64,000 nt of DNA from Eledone cirrhosa (lineage: Eukaryota), in assembly GCA_964016885.1 (NCBI GenBank), contig OZ024743.1, positions 58,776,001 to 58,840,000 on the forward strand, read 5' to 3'. Within the stretch, counting starts at the first letter, position 1, and each line of letters starts with the position of its first letter. The notes under the pieces are model-generated. The model saw nothing but the letters and a program-made list of their open reading frames with translations, searched no databases and was not told the DNA's origin. Positions 26,770 through 40,139 of the stretch are shown here, piece by piece. The position numbers and the translations under genes are program-made.

Positions 26770-29170
26770 TTAGCTGTATACTTTGTGAAATGTTTTATGG
26801 AATTTATGCAAGCAGATAGAAAACAAGTCAGTGCGTCTATTTATTATAGAATCTAGATTAGAGATAATGGTAAATTTTTCATTTAGACAGAGATTGCAGA
26901 TTTTAGACAGAGAACTGTTCAAGTATGGAGACGGAGAAGAAACCTTCTTCCAAAAGATGCTATATTTAATATTTTTGTCTTTCAAGGACCATATGAATTT
27001 CTGAGAGAGCCGTGTTGGTTCTTTTAAGTTTGTATTTAAAAGACGAATGATGGTTATAAAGACGAGCTTTAAAAGAGGTGGAAGTGGAGCCAAAATAGGT
27101 GAAGGAATTGGTGTCAGTTATAACTTTACATTCGTAAATTAAGTTTTTATCAAGACAATGTTTGTTGAGAGAACATTTATTTTTAATAGGGAAATTGCAA
27201 TTGCAATTGCAATTAGAGAGATTATTAACGAGTGACCTAGTGTTATCTATAGAAGGAATTGGATTGGAGAAGTTGTTTGCGATAGGAATAATAGTTTCTT
27301 GATTTAGAATGGGATCATGAACATTTAGGGAAGTTGTGTTTGACGTTGTATTTGGGTTTGAGGAAATTAGCCTAGGGTTTACAATTACGTCGGGAGTACT
27401 ATTATTATGAAATTCAGTGTTGGAAGGAAGAGATTTAGTATTTAGTATTTTAATGTTGTGTTTAGAGATAATGTTGGAAATGTTGGAGGATGTAGAATGA
27501 GAAAATTTTATAGTGTGTTTGTTAAATATTTTACTATAGATATGTGAGGGAGGGAAGCATTTATTTAAGGCACTAAAGAATAATTTAGGAATATTGTTAT
27601 TAATAGAGATGGAGAAAGGAGCATTATACCAGATTATATTTTTGTATCTAGGTCTTTTATTAAAGTTATTGGAATGATCATGATTAATTATTCTACTGTA
27701 ATTTCTTCTAGAATTTGTTTCTTTACTATATTTGATTTTATCAGGATAGCCGGCATTAGAAAGCGCGTTATTATAGTAATTGGCGTTAGCATCAAAGATG
27801 TTTTTATTAGAAGATAGGTTAGATATTCTTTTTCCAATATTACTAACTATAGCATTCTTGATATTAGTAAGATGGTTAGATTTAAAGTTAACATAATTTA
27901 GGTTCTCATTGTTTTTGTGGTAAGGGTAATATAGGCCAGTGGCAAGATTAAGAGATACATCCAAGAAATTAGCTAGTTTGAGAACTGTTATCAAATTCAA
28001 TTTTTAGGTTATGTTGGTTAAAGAGATTACGTATATTGTTCTTAATAATATTAAGGTTAACTATGTTGCAATTTAAGATAGTAAAGAGTCCATCGTCACG
28101 ATAAATTCCACCGCGAAGTTAAGGAATTTTCCGACTCAAAGAGTTCAAAATAAAGATACCAATTAGATTAGTCAATTGGGATGAATCGGGTGCTCCCATT
28201 GTGATGTCGAAGTTGTTAGAGGTATCGGCTCTGGTCCAATATTCGTTGTTGAACTCTAGGATGGTTTTACGTGCGGTGAGAATGATGTGAAGTTCATCTG
28301 TGGTGATGTCAGAATATTTAAGTGCGAAAGATAGAGCATTATTGAGAAGTGAAGGCGAAATGGAGGAACAGTAGTTGGCAATATCAAATTGAACAAATTT
28401 TAGTTTGTTTTTATTATTCAATTTGTTGAACCAGCTAATCACTTCAGAAGTACCAAACCATAAATTTAGGTTCAAAGAAGAGCAATTAGAACGAACCTGT
28501 GGGATAATTCTATCCAAGACGGCTTTACTAACAACCCCAGATCTGATTTAGAGGGGCCGATTAATCTAACAGGTAGTTCAGTGCGAAAATTGTTTTTGTG
28601 ATCCTTGAGATTTATCCTCGGAGTTCTTGAGAGGAATGGTTCTGTCTTTTTTTCAATGCCAAGTTTTTACATAATCTCAGAGGCTTCAAAGTTTATGTAT
28701 TCTAAATTTTCATGGTTGGTTTTACGATATTTTTTCCTAAGTTCCTTTAGGATAAGGTTGTTATAATTATCCTTGGAAATACCATATAAGTTATTGGTTT
28801 TGTCAGAGTGGACTGAAACATTTTTTGAGGAATTTAGGTTAGAAATTGTGTTCTTGAGATTTACAAGGTGCTCTTGTCCTTTGTAAGGGTATCTCTTGAA
28901 TTTAAGATTTTTTATAATTTTAGTTAACTCTTCCTCGAATTGCACTAGATTTTTGTTGGAAGAAGGATTTCTTCTAGAATTAAATAGATGATCGAGGAAG
29001 TTATGTTCTTTGGTATAGAAGTTCCCTTTTAGGCGCTGGTCATAGAAATAGGCGGTCCATCTAAGTCTTCTTACGAAGGAGTCAGTTTTTTCAATTAGAA
29101 GTTTGGTGAATTCAGATTTACCAGGTATAGGAATGTCTTTAGTTGAATTGGTTATGTTGTAATAATGCAT
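26770..29170 (-). pseudogene. PLE polyprotein (reverse transcriptase plus GIY-YIG endonuclease), disrupted
   Basis: NSTKDIPIP..LIEKTDSFVRRLRW, SDKTNNLY, LKDHKNNF, QFDIANY, FDITMGAPD, GIYRDDG, NFLDVSLNL, IIWYNAPF, CNC..KC.L..CL, YFGSTSTSFKARLYNH and CNLCLNEK, split by stops and frameshifts. Confidence 0.93.
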
Positions 29171-29380
29171 GTTGTAGAAGAAGAAAGAAGTTAAAGACCA
29201 TCAAAAGGTATCCAATATGAGAGTAAGCGCTAAACCGTTAAGGAGCAAGTTAATGTAGGAGGTGAGTTTTATTGTAGTACAATAAAGCAAAGCAGATATC
29301 GGATAAGAAGCACTCTACAGTTTGTAGGACTGGAGTATACATAATATATAAGAACAAAAGATGGTTAAAAGAGTTCCATG

Positions 29381-29451
29381 TATTTTATTATGCGCATTTC
29401 AAAAACAAATATCATCATGCAATAATATTTGTGTTTTCATCAGATAAAACA
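29381..29451 (-). ncRNA. Hammerhead ribozyme, family B (5' pseudo-LTR)
   Basis: Same motif, ~210 nt upstream of the ATG at 29170. Confidence 0.85.
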
Positions 29452-30205
29452 GGAGGACATGATATGAAGGTTAAAAAACACTTGTGGATAGTTCAGTTTT
29501 AAATCAACATATGAGAAGTAGTTTTAGATTGATGTGGGATATTGGGAAACATATTTTATTTAGAGGGCGGTGGAAAGGATGAAAAAAAGGAGGAGATGAG
29601 AGTGAAGGTGGAGAGGGAGGAGTATAATGAGGAAGGATGAGATAGGAGGAGAGATGGGTGATAGAGAGAGAGAGATAGCTTTTATAACTGAGAAAGATAT
29701 ATTGTTTTACATAGAGAGGTTGAAAACCGTTGGAAGATAATGTATAAATTAAAAGAATTTGAAAATTAACGAAGAGAAAAATAATGTAAAGTTAAGGTTT
29801 GTATATTGAAGGGTTTGATAATATGTGCGAAGAAAAACAAAGTGTTAATATGTATTGAGAATAATGAGTTAGATGAAAGGGAGAAAAGAATAATGAATGG
29901 AGGATGAATAATCTAACGTAAAAAAAAATGTATATGTTTACGAAGGATTTTTACAAGGTGATATAGAGTAAGAATGTGTTGTATTATGTAATAATTGATT
30001 CTATGTCAGGCAAGAGTGAGAAAAGGTACAGATTAGGGTTAGACATTAGAAGAGAAGAAAAGGAAGTGATAAATAAGGGTGATGTAGAAAGAGTATACAA
30101 GTATTATAGAATTTGAAAATTAACGAAGAGAAAAGTAACGTAAAGTTAAGGTTTGTATATTGAAGGGTTTGATAATATGTGCGAAGAAACAGAAAATGTT
30201 AATAT

Positions 30206-33200
30206 TAGATTAAATTAATCGCCCCCTCTAAATCAGATCTGGGGGTTGTTAGCAAAGCCATTTTGGATAGAATTATCCCACAGGTTCGTTCTAATTGCTC
30301 TTCTTTGAACCTAAATTTATGGTTTGGTTCTTCTGAAGTGGTTAGCTGGTTCAACAAATTGAATAATAAAAACAAACTAAAATTTGTTTAATTTGATATT
30401 GCGAACTACTATTCCTCCATTTCGCCTTCACTTCTCAATAATGCTCTATCTTTCGCACTTAAATATTCTGACATCACCACAGATGAACTTCACATCATTC
30501 TCACCGCACGTAAAACCATCCTAGAGTTCAACAACGAATATTGGACCAGAGCCGATACTTCTAACAACTTCGACATCACAATGGGAGCATCCGATTCATC
30601 TCAATTGACTGATCTAATTGGTATCTTTATTTTGAACTCTTTGAGTCGGAAAATTCCTTAACTTCGCGGTGGAATTTATCGTGACGATGGACTCTTTACT
30701 ATCTAAAATTGCAACATAGTTAACCTTAATATTATTAAGAACAATATACGTAATCTCTTTAACCAACATAACCTAAACATTGAATTTGATAACAGTATCA
30801 AACTAGCTAATTTCTTGGATGTATCTCTTAATCGTGACACTGGCCTATATTACCCTTACCACAAAAACAATGAAAACCTAAATTATGTTAACTTTAAATC
30901 TAACCATCCTACTAATATCAATAATGGTATAGTTAGTAATATTGGAAAAAGAATATCTAACCTATCTTCTAATAAAAACATCTTTGATGCTAACGCCAAT
31001 TACTATAATAACGCGCTTTCTAAAGCCGGCTATCCTGATAAAATCAAATATAGTAAAGAAAAAAATTCTAGAAGAAATTATAGTAGAATAATTAATCATG
31101 ATCATTCCAATAACTTTAATAAAAGACCTAGATACAAAAACATAATCTGGTATAATGCTCCTTTCTCCATCTCTATTAATAACAATATTCCTAAATTATT
31201 CTTTAGTGCCTTAAATAAATGCTTCCCTCCCTCACATATCTATAGTAAAATATTTAACAAACACTATAAAATTTTCTTATTCTACATCCTCCAACATTTC
31301 CAACATTATCTATAAACACAACAATAAAATACTAAATACTAAATCTCTTCCTTCCAACACTGAATTTCATAATAATAGTACTCCCGACGTAATTGTAAAC
31401 CTTAGGCTAATTTCTACAAACCAAAATACAACGTCAAACACAACTTCGCTAAATGTTCATAATCCCATTCTAAATCAAGAAACTATTATTCCTATCGCAA
31501 ACAACTTCTCCAATCCAATTCCTTCTATAGATAACACTAGGTCACTCATTAATAATTTCTCTAATTGTAATTGCAATTGCCCTATTAAAAATAAATGTCC
31601 TCTCAACAACCATTGTCTTGATAAAAACTTAATTTACGAATGTAAAGTTATAACTGACACCAATTCCTTCACCTATTTTGGCTCCACTTCCACCTCTTTT
31701 AAAGCTCGTCTTTATAACCATCATTCGTCTTTTAAATACAAACTTAAAAGAACCAACACGGCTCTCTCAGAACTCATATGGTCCTTGAAAGACAAAAATA
31801 TTAAATATAGCATCTTTTGGAAGAAGGTTTCTTCTCCGTCTCCATACTTGAACAGTTCTCTGTCTAAAATCTGCAATCTCTGTCTAAATGAAAAATTTAC
31901 CATTATCTCTAATCTAGATTCTATAATAAATAGACGCACTGACTTGTTTTCTATCTGCTTGCATAAATTCCATAAAACATTTCACAAAGTATACAGCTAA
32001 TATTCAATTCTTTATCAATTTAGAATCTTTTTCTCAAAGGCACATATATATATACACTTCTTTTAAAAATATACCCATCTTTCTACCTTATTTCAAAGGT
32101 TATTATACATTCTATAATACTTGTTTACTCATTACTCTTACTCTATATCACCTTGTAAAAATCCTTCGTAAACATATACATTTTTTTTTACGTTACATTA
32201 TTCATCCTCAATTCATTAATCTTTTCTCCCTTTCATCTAGCTCATTATTCTCAATACATATTAACATTTTCTTTTTCTTCGCACATATTATCAAACCCTT
32301 CAATATACAAACCTTAACTTTACATTATTTTTCTCTTCGTTAATTTTCAAATTCTATAATACTTTTTACTCTTTCTACATCACCCCTTATTTATCACTTC
32401 CTTTTCTTCTCTTCTAATGTCTAACCCTAATCTGTACCCTTTCTCACTCTTGCCTGACATAGAATCAATTATTACATAATACAACACATTCTTACTCTAT
32501 ATCACCTTGTAAAATCCTTCGTAAACATATACATTTTTTTTGACGTTAGATTATTCATCCTCCATTCATTATTCTTTTCTCCCTTTCATCTAACTCATTA
32601 TTCTCAATACATATTAACACTTTGTTTTTCTTCGCACATATAATCAAACCCCTCAATATACAAACCTTAACTTTACATTATTTTTCTCTTCGTTAATTTT
32701 CAAATTCTTTTAATTTATACATTATCTTCCAACGGTTTTCAACCTCTCTATGTAAAACAATATATCTTTCTCAGTTATAAAAGCTATCTCTCTCTCTCTA
32801 TCACCCATCTCTCCTCCTATCTCATCCTTCCTCATTATACTCCTCCCTCTCCACCTTCACTCTCATCTCCTCCTTTTTTTCATCCTTTCCACCGCCCTCT
32901 AAATAAAATATTTTTCCCAATATCCCACATCAATCTAAAACTACTTCTCATATGTTGATTTAAAACTGAACTATCCACAAGTGTTTTTTAACCTTCATAT
33001 CATGTCCTCCTGTTTTATCTGATGAAAACACAAATATTATTGCATGATGATATTTGTTTTTGAAATGCGCATAATAAAATACATGGAACTCTTTTAACCA
33101 TCTTTTGTTCTTATATATTATGTATACTCCAGTCCTACAAACTGTAGAGTGCTTCTTATCCGATATCTGCTTTGCTTTATTGTACTACAATAAAACTCAC

Positions 33201-33210
33201 CTCCTACATT
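30206..33210 (+). mobile_element. Inverted 5'-truncated copy of the same PLE
   Basis: Near-identical reverse complement of 25655-28565; ORFs 30815-31315 and 31785-32000 match the minus-strand protein; ends in (TA)n. Confidence 0.93.
33011..33081 (+). ncRNA. Hammerhead ribozyme, family B
   Basis: TGTTTTAT-CTGATGA-AAACACAAATATTATTGCATGATGATATTTGTTTTT-GAAA-TGCGCA-TA-ATAAAATA; predicted cleavage after A33073. Confidence 0.85.
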
Positions 33211-33539
33211 ATATATATATATATATATATATATCGCCACTAAATTCATAAGATTTAAACCTCCGTGAATCGAACCGACGTAACATAGTTTTCAACTTAG
33301 GATTCCCACTACACTGCACGAACCACCACAGAAATATAATCATTAAGTACATTCTAGCCTTCTTAGTTCTATACCACACTAATGTCTGTAAGTACCTCAT
33401 CAACCCATAAGCATATCCCTTCTCAGCTGCTGTCAACACTTGATCCTAAATCCAAGAACATTTCAAAATACTACTACAACAGAACTTTACCTTCCTCCTG
33501 CTATAATTATAATCAGCATGTTTTCTCTTTATATGTATG

Positions 33540-33607
<68 letters not shown>

Positions 33608-34429
33608 TGTGTGCATGTGTGTATATATATATATTGCCTCCTTAACCTCTGTATTAACTTGCCCATTATATTGCTACTTTGTTAATGTTGTCTTATACAT
33701 GTATGTTATTGATGATGAGGAAGCTAGACAACCCTTTCATCTAATATGGACCACACAAATCTCACTACAGTGATAAATCCTTCATCTATCAGATAATAAC
33801 CGACTCTTACGGCCACCTGACCTACATTGTTTAAAGACACCAGCTTATCTTTACACTAGATATAATACACCACACGACAGCTTTTACATGTCAATTTTAT
33901 ACATCTGCCTCATGTTAGCTAGTTTTACACTCTAAAATCGTAGATATACTATACTTCCCACCTAGATTGATGTTGTGATTATTTCAATTAATTTATTGCT
34001 AGCATTGTTGGTATTGTTTTATTGTTCTGATTGAATGCCATTACTACTACATTTAGTACCAATGCCTGTATATTCTTTTCATTCTCACAAGCTCCGATGA
34101 ACTGCCTGGTTATAACTTTGTATTGGCGATCGAGTAAAGTGAAAATAAGCGGATAGCGATCTCTAGACCTACCAGTTCAGAGAAACAATTGTCAGCAATG
34201 AGATTAAAAACCTTTTGTGTATAGCAAACCGTGTCACTCTTCTTTCCGGATTTACTATTACTCCAAGTGTTTACAACATAGGAATTACAGCGTACTCGCA
34301 GCATCACTATGGAAACGGGAAACGTTTTGTTGAGTCAAACTTAGCCAAGCGTTTATATCATCCACTACCCGGAGTACCATAACTGGACTACACTTAAGTG
34401 GACTACCTATAACAATAATTTGTTACCTC

Positions 34430-34485
<56 letters not shown>

Positions 34486-34619
34486 ATAATAATAAATTTG
34501 AAGACTAAAATCCAAAGAGGGCTCGATAAGGATAAATATATATCAAATATATAAGAACCGTAGAGCAGCGATTCTTTGCTTAAATTTTAATCTATAATTT
34601 TAATATATATATATATATA

Positions 34620-36445
34620 AACAAAAAAGAGAAATAGGACGAAGGTAAACAGTTACAAAAGGATTTAATCCACGTATTAACAATTGTTTCATCAGAATTT
34701 CAGTCCATTATTGCTACACTATGTCATAATAGGCAATCATGAAAGATACTGTGACATCCGAATTTTCAAAATACAAAGTTGAAATGACCTTAGGAAATGA
34801 AATAAGGTGTAGTAGTGTAAGATAGAGGAACAGGGAGAGCGAGGGGAAAAAGAGAGGGAGAGAGAGAGAGAAAAGGGACGGAGGTAGGGAGAGAAAGAGA
34901 AAGAGATAGTGTGGTGTGAGGGGATTTGTATAGAATATAGTTAAGTTACAAGAAGGGAGGGGGAGGAGGATTGTGTGCTAAAAGTTGTGATGAGTAGAGG
35001 GAGAGATAAGGAAGATAGAATTTTAAGTGGCATTTGGTAGTGGACAGGCAAAAGTTTTACCAGAGAATAGATGAAGGAAGAAAGTATTAAATTTCATAGA
35101 TAGTCTATTTTTAGGAGTGTAGAATTGTTATTTAGGGTAGAAAAGTAGTGTTAAGATTTAGTTGAAGGTTTGAAGTGTGAGAATTTCGCTTTCAGTTTAT
35201 GCTGGCAAAAGATTGACCTTTCAATTTTGTTGTTGAGTAGTTGGTGGCCTGAGCTTAGGATATGGAAGAGCTCATTATTACACAACGGGCACGTTTTCAT
35301 CCCACTCCGGTGTGGAGGTGCATGTGAGAGTTTGGTCCATTTAAGGGTGTATTGTCGGTTACTGCCTTTTAAGTGCCAAATTTTCTCGGCGAGGGTCGTT
35401 ACGTAACGGTGTTGGGGGTGCTTTATTGCGTAACGATGCGTGTACCAACGAGTTTTGAAGGTGTTTGAGGTGCTGCCTATGTAGTGCCAGGTTTGGTTGT
35501 CCGACTCAACCGAGCACCTGTACACTAGGTTTGAATGCAAACATTCGTTATTCAATGGACAATTCTCTGGAAGGTGGCAATTACAGTTTCTGTAATGGGC
35601 AGTGGTGGAGTTATAGGTGGGCTGGGATGTGTGTGTGAGTGTGTTTTGTGCATACTGTTTGTTAGTGGGTGGTTGTGTATTAGGTGTATTATTGTGTTGA
35701 GTGATTGGGGTGTCGTTGTTACGGAGTTTTTTGGCGTTGAGCATCTTAATGTGTGCGTCTAGGTTTTGTGCAGTGGAATAAGATAGTCTAATTGTTTTGG
35801 TATTGAGTATACTACTATATTTATGTGAATTTGGAAAGTGTTTTCTTATAATTTTGTAGAATGTGGAAGGTAAGTTAGAGCTAATAGAAGAGTTAAAAAT
35901 AGGATTATACCAAATGTAAGATCTACTCCGTGTTCTGTTTTGCTTTGGTGTTGCTGTTGTATTTGTGGTGTGGTTAGTATTAGGGGGTCTAGGTGCGTGT
36001 GTGCGGGTGTTTGTGGGGCGGTTGGCGTGGCTATGGTTATGTGTTTTATGGTTGTGTCGGTCTATGTATTCTAGTTTGTCGGTATGGCCAGCCCGTTCTA
36101 ATGCAGTGTTGTAATATTCAGTATGTTGATAAAATATTTGTTGGTTAGATGAGAGGCGGGATATTCTAAGTGATATACTATGTGGCACGGACCTTATAAT
36201 AGATAGTGGGTGGTTAGAGCTAGTGTGGATGTAGGTGAGGTTCTCAGTGTTTTGTGAAAGGGTGTGATAATTTGGGTGTTGAGATTGAAGGTGGCATCTA
36301 GGAAGTTAACTACTTTGGTACTATATTCGTAGGTGATTTTAAGGCCAAGGCTGTATAGGGTTCTTCTAATGCTCTTACGGGTTCGCTCTATGTTTTGTTT
36401 ATTCATGTTTTTAACTAATAGGAGAGCGTCATCTCTATATATTCC
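34620..36445 (-). mobile_element. 5'-truncated Penelope-like element of a different family (RT from YRDD through GIY-YIG, 35151-36445)
   Basis: GIYRDDAL, VNFLDATFNL, YIWYNPIF, CNCHLPENCPLNNECL, WHYIGSTSNTFKTRWYTH, CPLCNNE; 3' region ends in (TA)n. Confidence 0.9.
34674..34774 (-). ncRNA. Degenerate hammerhead-like relic at the PLE 3' end, family I
   Basis: Minus strand: GTATT-TTGAAAA-...-GAAA-CAATTG-TT-AATAC; helix I and palindromic helix III are intact, the core is mutated. Confidence 0.4.
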
Positions 36446-36545
36446 GCGTCATATCTATATATTCCGCCTTGAAGGTAACTAAATTTATTATGTAAGGTGT
36501 GGGCTATGTAAATACCAACAATATCCATATGTATATATGTATATA

Positions 36546-36662
36546 TATTGTTTCTGCTTTGGGAACAAGCCCAGCAATTACCCAGTACATTACTGGTACT
36601 TTATTTTATCGACCCCGTAAGGATGAAATGCAAAGTTAAACTTAGAAGGATTTGAACTCAGT
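36546..36662 (-). mobile_element. 5'-truncated SINE copy
   Basis: Matches the 3' half of the family consensus. Confidence 0.8.
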
Positions 36663-37729
36663 TATATATATGTTTTATAAATGATAGTTTCTGATTTAAG
36701 CACAGGGCCTAAATAATCATAACAAATTAGAAATGTGTCATGTTTCTTTAATGAATTAGATGTTTTATAGAATTTGTTGCTTTGATTTACATATGACTTC
36801 CTAATGCTTCTATTGTTTCGCTATCAGAATGCTACAACTGCAAGCTGTAAGCAGTTCTACAACTGCTATTTCATTGAATGAATGAAGTCTATCTACTACC
36901 GAAAGGCGGAACTATTTCATTGAAGGTTAAACCAGGAGATGTATTTATTAGAAAACTTTTATTACAACAGATTTTTTCTATTGCTCCACTTCACAGTCTG
37001 CTTTAATAAAGAAGTATAATCAATGAGTTTTTGTGTAGTTTTTTTTTCTATTATTATTAGCCGTGAACGTTAATCAGTTTTTCACTTTCTGGTGGATTTA
37101 GTGAAGGAAGCTAAAATAGACACAATACTCTTCGGCGAAGCTCTCATCGAATGCTTCAATTTCCACTTGGAAAAGAAGGTTTGGAGAGAGAGGGAAATCA
37201 TTCCCATCGGTACATTTGTTAAAATGTGCGAGAATGGTCGCTGTGAATGTGCATAGTTTAAGAATGCGCATGTAGACTGTAAAGATGAGGAGAAAAGGTG
37301 AACGGGTAATTTCTGATCTGTGGGGCTCCTTAATAGCCCATACTTGGAATTCTCTTGTTATCAATTTATAGTTATCGTTTCACTTGTTTCTGTGTTCATT
37401 CCTCCTGTCAATAAATCCGCTTTGTACCTATTTATATGTATTTTCTCGAGTGTTGTTCCCTGGAGGCGCGGGGGGGGGGGGGTCAATAAAGAAATTATTA
37501 ATATTATAATTACCACTACCAACTATGATGTTGATTTGAGCTGGTTAATTTAGGAACTTCGGTTGGCAACTATAAACATAGTGTAACACCAATACTTACA
37601 TATCATCTCTTGTCATTTCAATATTGTTTGTAGTTCAGATCCTTTCTCATTATTCGGACTGTTAACAGCATACCGTACGCTCAGCAAGCGCCTAATTCCC
37701 TCCTTTATTTTCTAATAATTACTATTATT

Positions 37730-38495
37730 TTCTTGGAATCTCAGTCAGTGATGTTATTTAACTGAAAATGTGTTCAAATGAACATCAAGCCACTACCTGC
37801 AGCCTCAGATATTCAGCACGTATCGCAAGCTTCTTGCTGTTCCCAGCAAGCATGATTTTTGAACTGTCCCCCAAAAGGGGGTTCTTTAACAATCATTGAA
37901 AACTCTTCAAGACAGTACATAGTGCGCCTATGACAATCGGGAGGACCTTGATCTCATGCTAGTCCAAAATCATTTTTAATTCCCTCTTTAAATGCTATTA
38001 TCGTTTAATTTTAACTTCTCCTTTTCTTGCTCCGCTGCAGCCAGTAGCATTCCCTCTGTCGCTTTTTCAAGGTCTCCTCTTTTTAACTAGCTCCATGTCT
38101 GTCGATCACTGAATTCCGTTTTCTTAAAGAAAGGTGCTATGAAGAGTTTTACATGACGGTTGCTCTTCCTCTTTATTTTTCTTGATGTCTTCTGCTTCCA
38201 GAACACCGAATTATCCGTCTCCCTCTTCAGTGTGGATTTCTTTTATCATCTCAAAAGTTCGTACCTGGATTCCGTTGCTTCTGTTCAATTTACCCCTGTT
38301 CATCACTCCGACTCCACACTTATTAGAACCTAATTCCATACATATGTCATGTCATAACTGACAATACAGACAGTGTTAACAAGTACATTCAACTCCTCGC
38401 TTTTCCCAAAGAGTTTTAGATCGTACATGAAGTGTGGGTGTTTGATGGTAAACACTCATCTTCCCAGTTTGTATCCTGCTTTCACTTTTCGCAAT
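37730..38495 (-). mobile_element. R4/Dong-like RLE non-LTR retrotransposon fragment (internally deleted)
   Basis: 37738-38090 closely resembles 47440-47730 and 48150-48200; upstream part translates to RT-thumb-like IWN.VLISVESE..RGKLNRSNGI. Confidence 0.65.
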
Positions 38496-38532
38496 ATAAT
38501 AATTATTATAATAATAATAATTATTATTATAC

Positions 38533-39800
38533 CTGGAATGTTGCCAGACACTCACTGTCCTCTACCAAGCGGGCAACTTCCACTCTCGAGTTTTATAGAG
38601 GATTAGTGGTGGGCAAGTGCGATGACGGACTCGGCAGTAGATAGACTTCATTGATTCAATGAAATAGCAGTTGTAGAACTGCTTACAGCTTGCAGTTGTA
38701 GCATTCTGATAGCGAAACAATAGAAGCGAGGAGTTGAATGTACTTGTTAACACTGTCTCTATTGTCAGCTATGACATATGTATGGAATTAGGTTCTAATA
38801 AGTGTGGAGTCGGAGTGATGAACAGGGGTAAATTGAACAGAAGCAACGGAATCCAGGTACGAACTTTTGAGATGATAAAAGAAATCCACACTGAAGAGGG
38901 AGACGGATAATTCGGTGTTCTGGAAGCAGAAGACATCAAGAAAAATAAATTGGGCCTCGACGAAGTCGAACTGACCAGTCTGTACCGGAGGACTTTGAGC
39001 CGGGGACGATGGACAATTTCCAGAAATCCCTCGCTTGGCAGTGCGACCGGGGGCACTGCTGGTTCGGGATGAACTCTACAGGCACGGAAGTGCTGTCAGA
39101 CGGACCCGCCCAAGATGCGCACAGAACGACGAAACCGTTCTGCCCGCACTTGTCCAATCGTTCATTACTGACATGTGGAGTTAACTCGAACAGCTACTGT
39201 CGCGTGTGGAACGAATCCGGCTATCGGCCGAGTCCATAGTATAGATCGATCCACCGCCTTCCTTAGGTCAGGAAGAGCAGGACATTTTCCTCTGTCTGGT
39301 GGCAGTTGCGAAAGAGGTTATATGGTGGACCAGGTTAAAAGGACTGAAGACAGACACTTTTCTCTTCGGCCAATCCCTCATCAACTTCTTCAAGTTTCAC
39401 CTGGAAAGGAAGGTGAGGGTGGAGAGAGAAGTGCTGCCCCCCAGTACATTTGCTAAAAGGTGGGTGAATGTGGCGAGAATGGCTCGTGTGAACGGGCCTA
39501 CTCTGACTATGCGCCTATAGGCTAGCTAACTTGAGGAGAGGGGTGCTCTCCCTGGGTGCCCTAGAAGCGCAGGGTTGTTAAGAATTGGTGGGATACCCGA
39601 GTCACCCCAGGGTCGTCCACCCCCTATCGGGGAATTTATTTTGTTATATTTATGCATAGTTTATTTTATATTTTTATATTTTCATTGTTAAAATAGTCTT
39701 GCCATTGTGCACTTTTACTCAACCTTATTGTAAACCCACAATGTCCCTGTCATTGTATTGTCCCCTACATTTCGGCCCTTGTGGCTAATAAATGAAATCA
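38533..39800 (+). mobile_element. 5'-truncated L1/Tx1-like LINE (ORF2 C-terminus and 3' UTR), interrupted at 38634-38949
   Basis: MDNFQKSLAWQC and AVAKEVIWWTRLKGLK..INFFKFHLERKVRVERE, homologous to 53875-54810; AATAAA followed by (ATT)n. Confidence 0.88.
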
Positions 39801-39843
39801 TTATTATTATCATTATTATTCTTATTATTATTTCATTCATCTT

Positions 39844-40031
39844 GCGGTGGATTGGCAGTATCGGTAGACGGTCGGATGCCATGCTTTCCAACATAGTTAC
39901 GTCCCTTTACGATCTGAGTTCAAATCGCGCCGAGGTTGACTTTGCCTTTCATCCTTACGGGGTCGATAAAATAAAGTACCAGTAATGCATTGGGTAATTG
40001 CTGGCCTTGTGCCTAAATTAGAAACAATTAT
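39844..40031 (+). mobile_element. Full-length SINE copy with 19-bp TSD
   Basis: ATTATTTCATTCATCTTGC at 39827-39845 and 40027-40045. Confidence 0.92.
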
Positions 40032-40139
40032 TTCATTCATCTTGCTTTATGTTACGAGTTATCAACAAGTCACAAACAGTGACCTCAAGAGACCAAAAGG
40101 TCCGCCTTTTCAAGAAAGAACACATACACACATATGTGT

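Larger units (their letters stand above)
25655..30205 (-). mobile_element. Full-length Penelope-like (Naiad-like) retroelement with upstream partial tandem copy (pseudo-LTR)
   Basis: 29345-30205 repeats 25658-26510 directly; the coding region lies at 26770-29170; each repeat has an HHR; ends in (TA)n. Confidence 0.93.
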
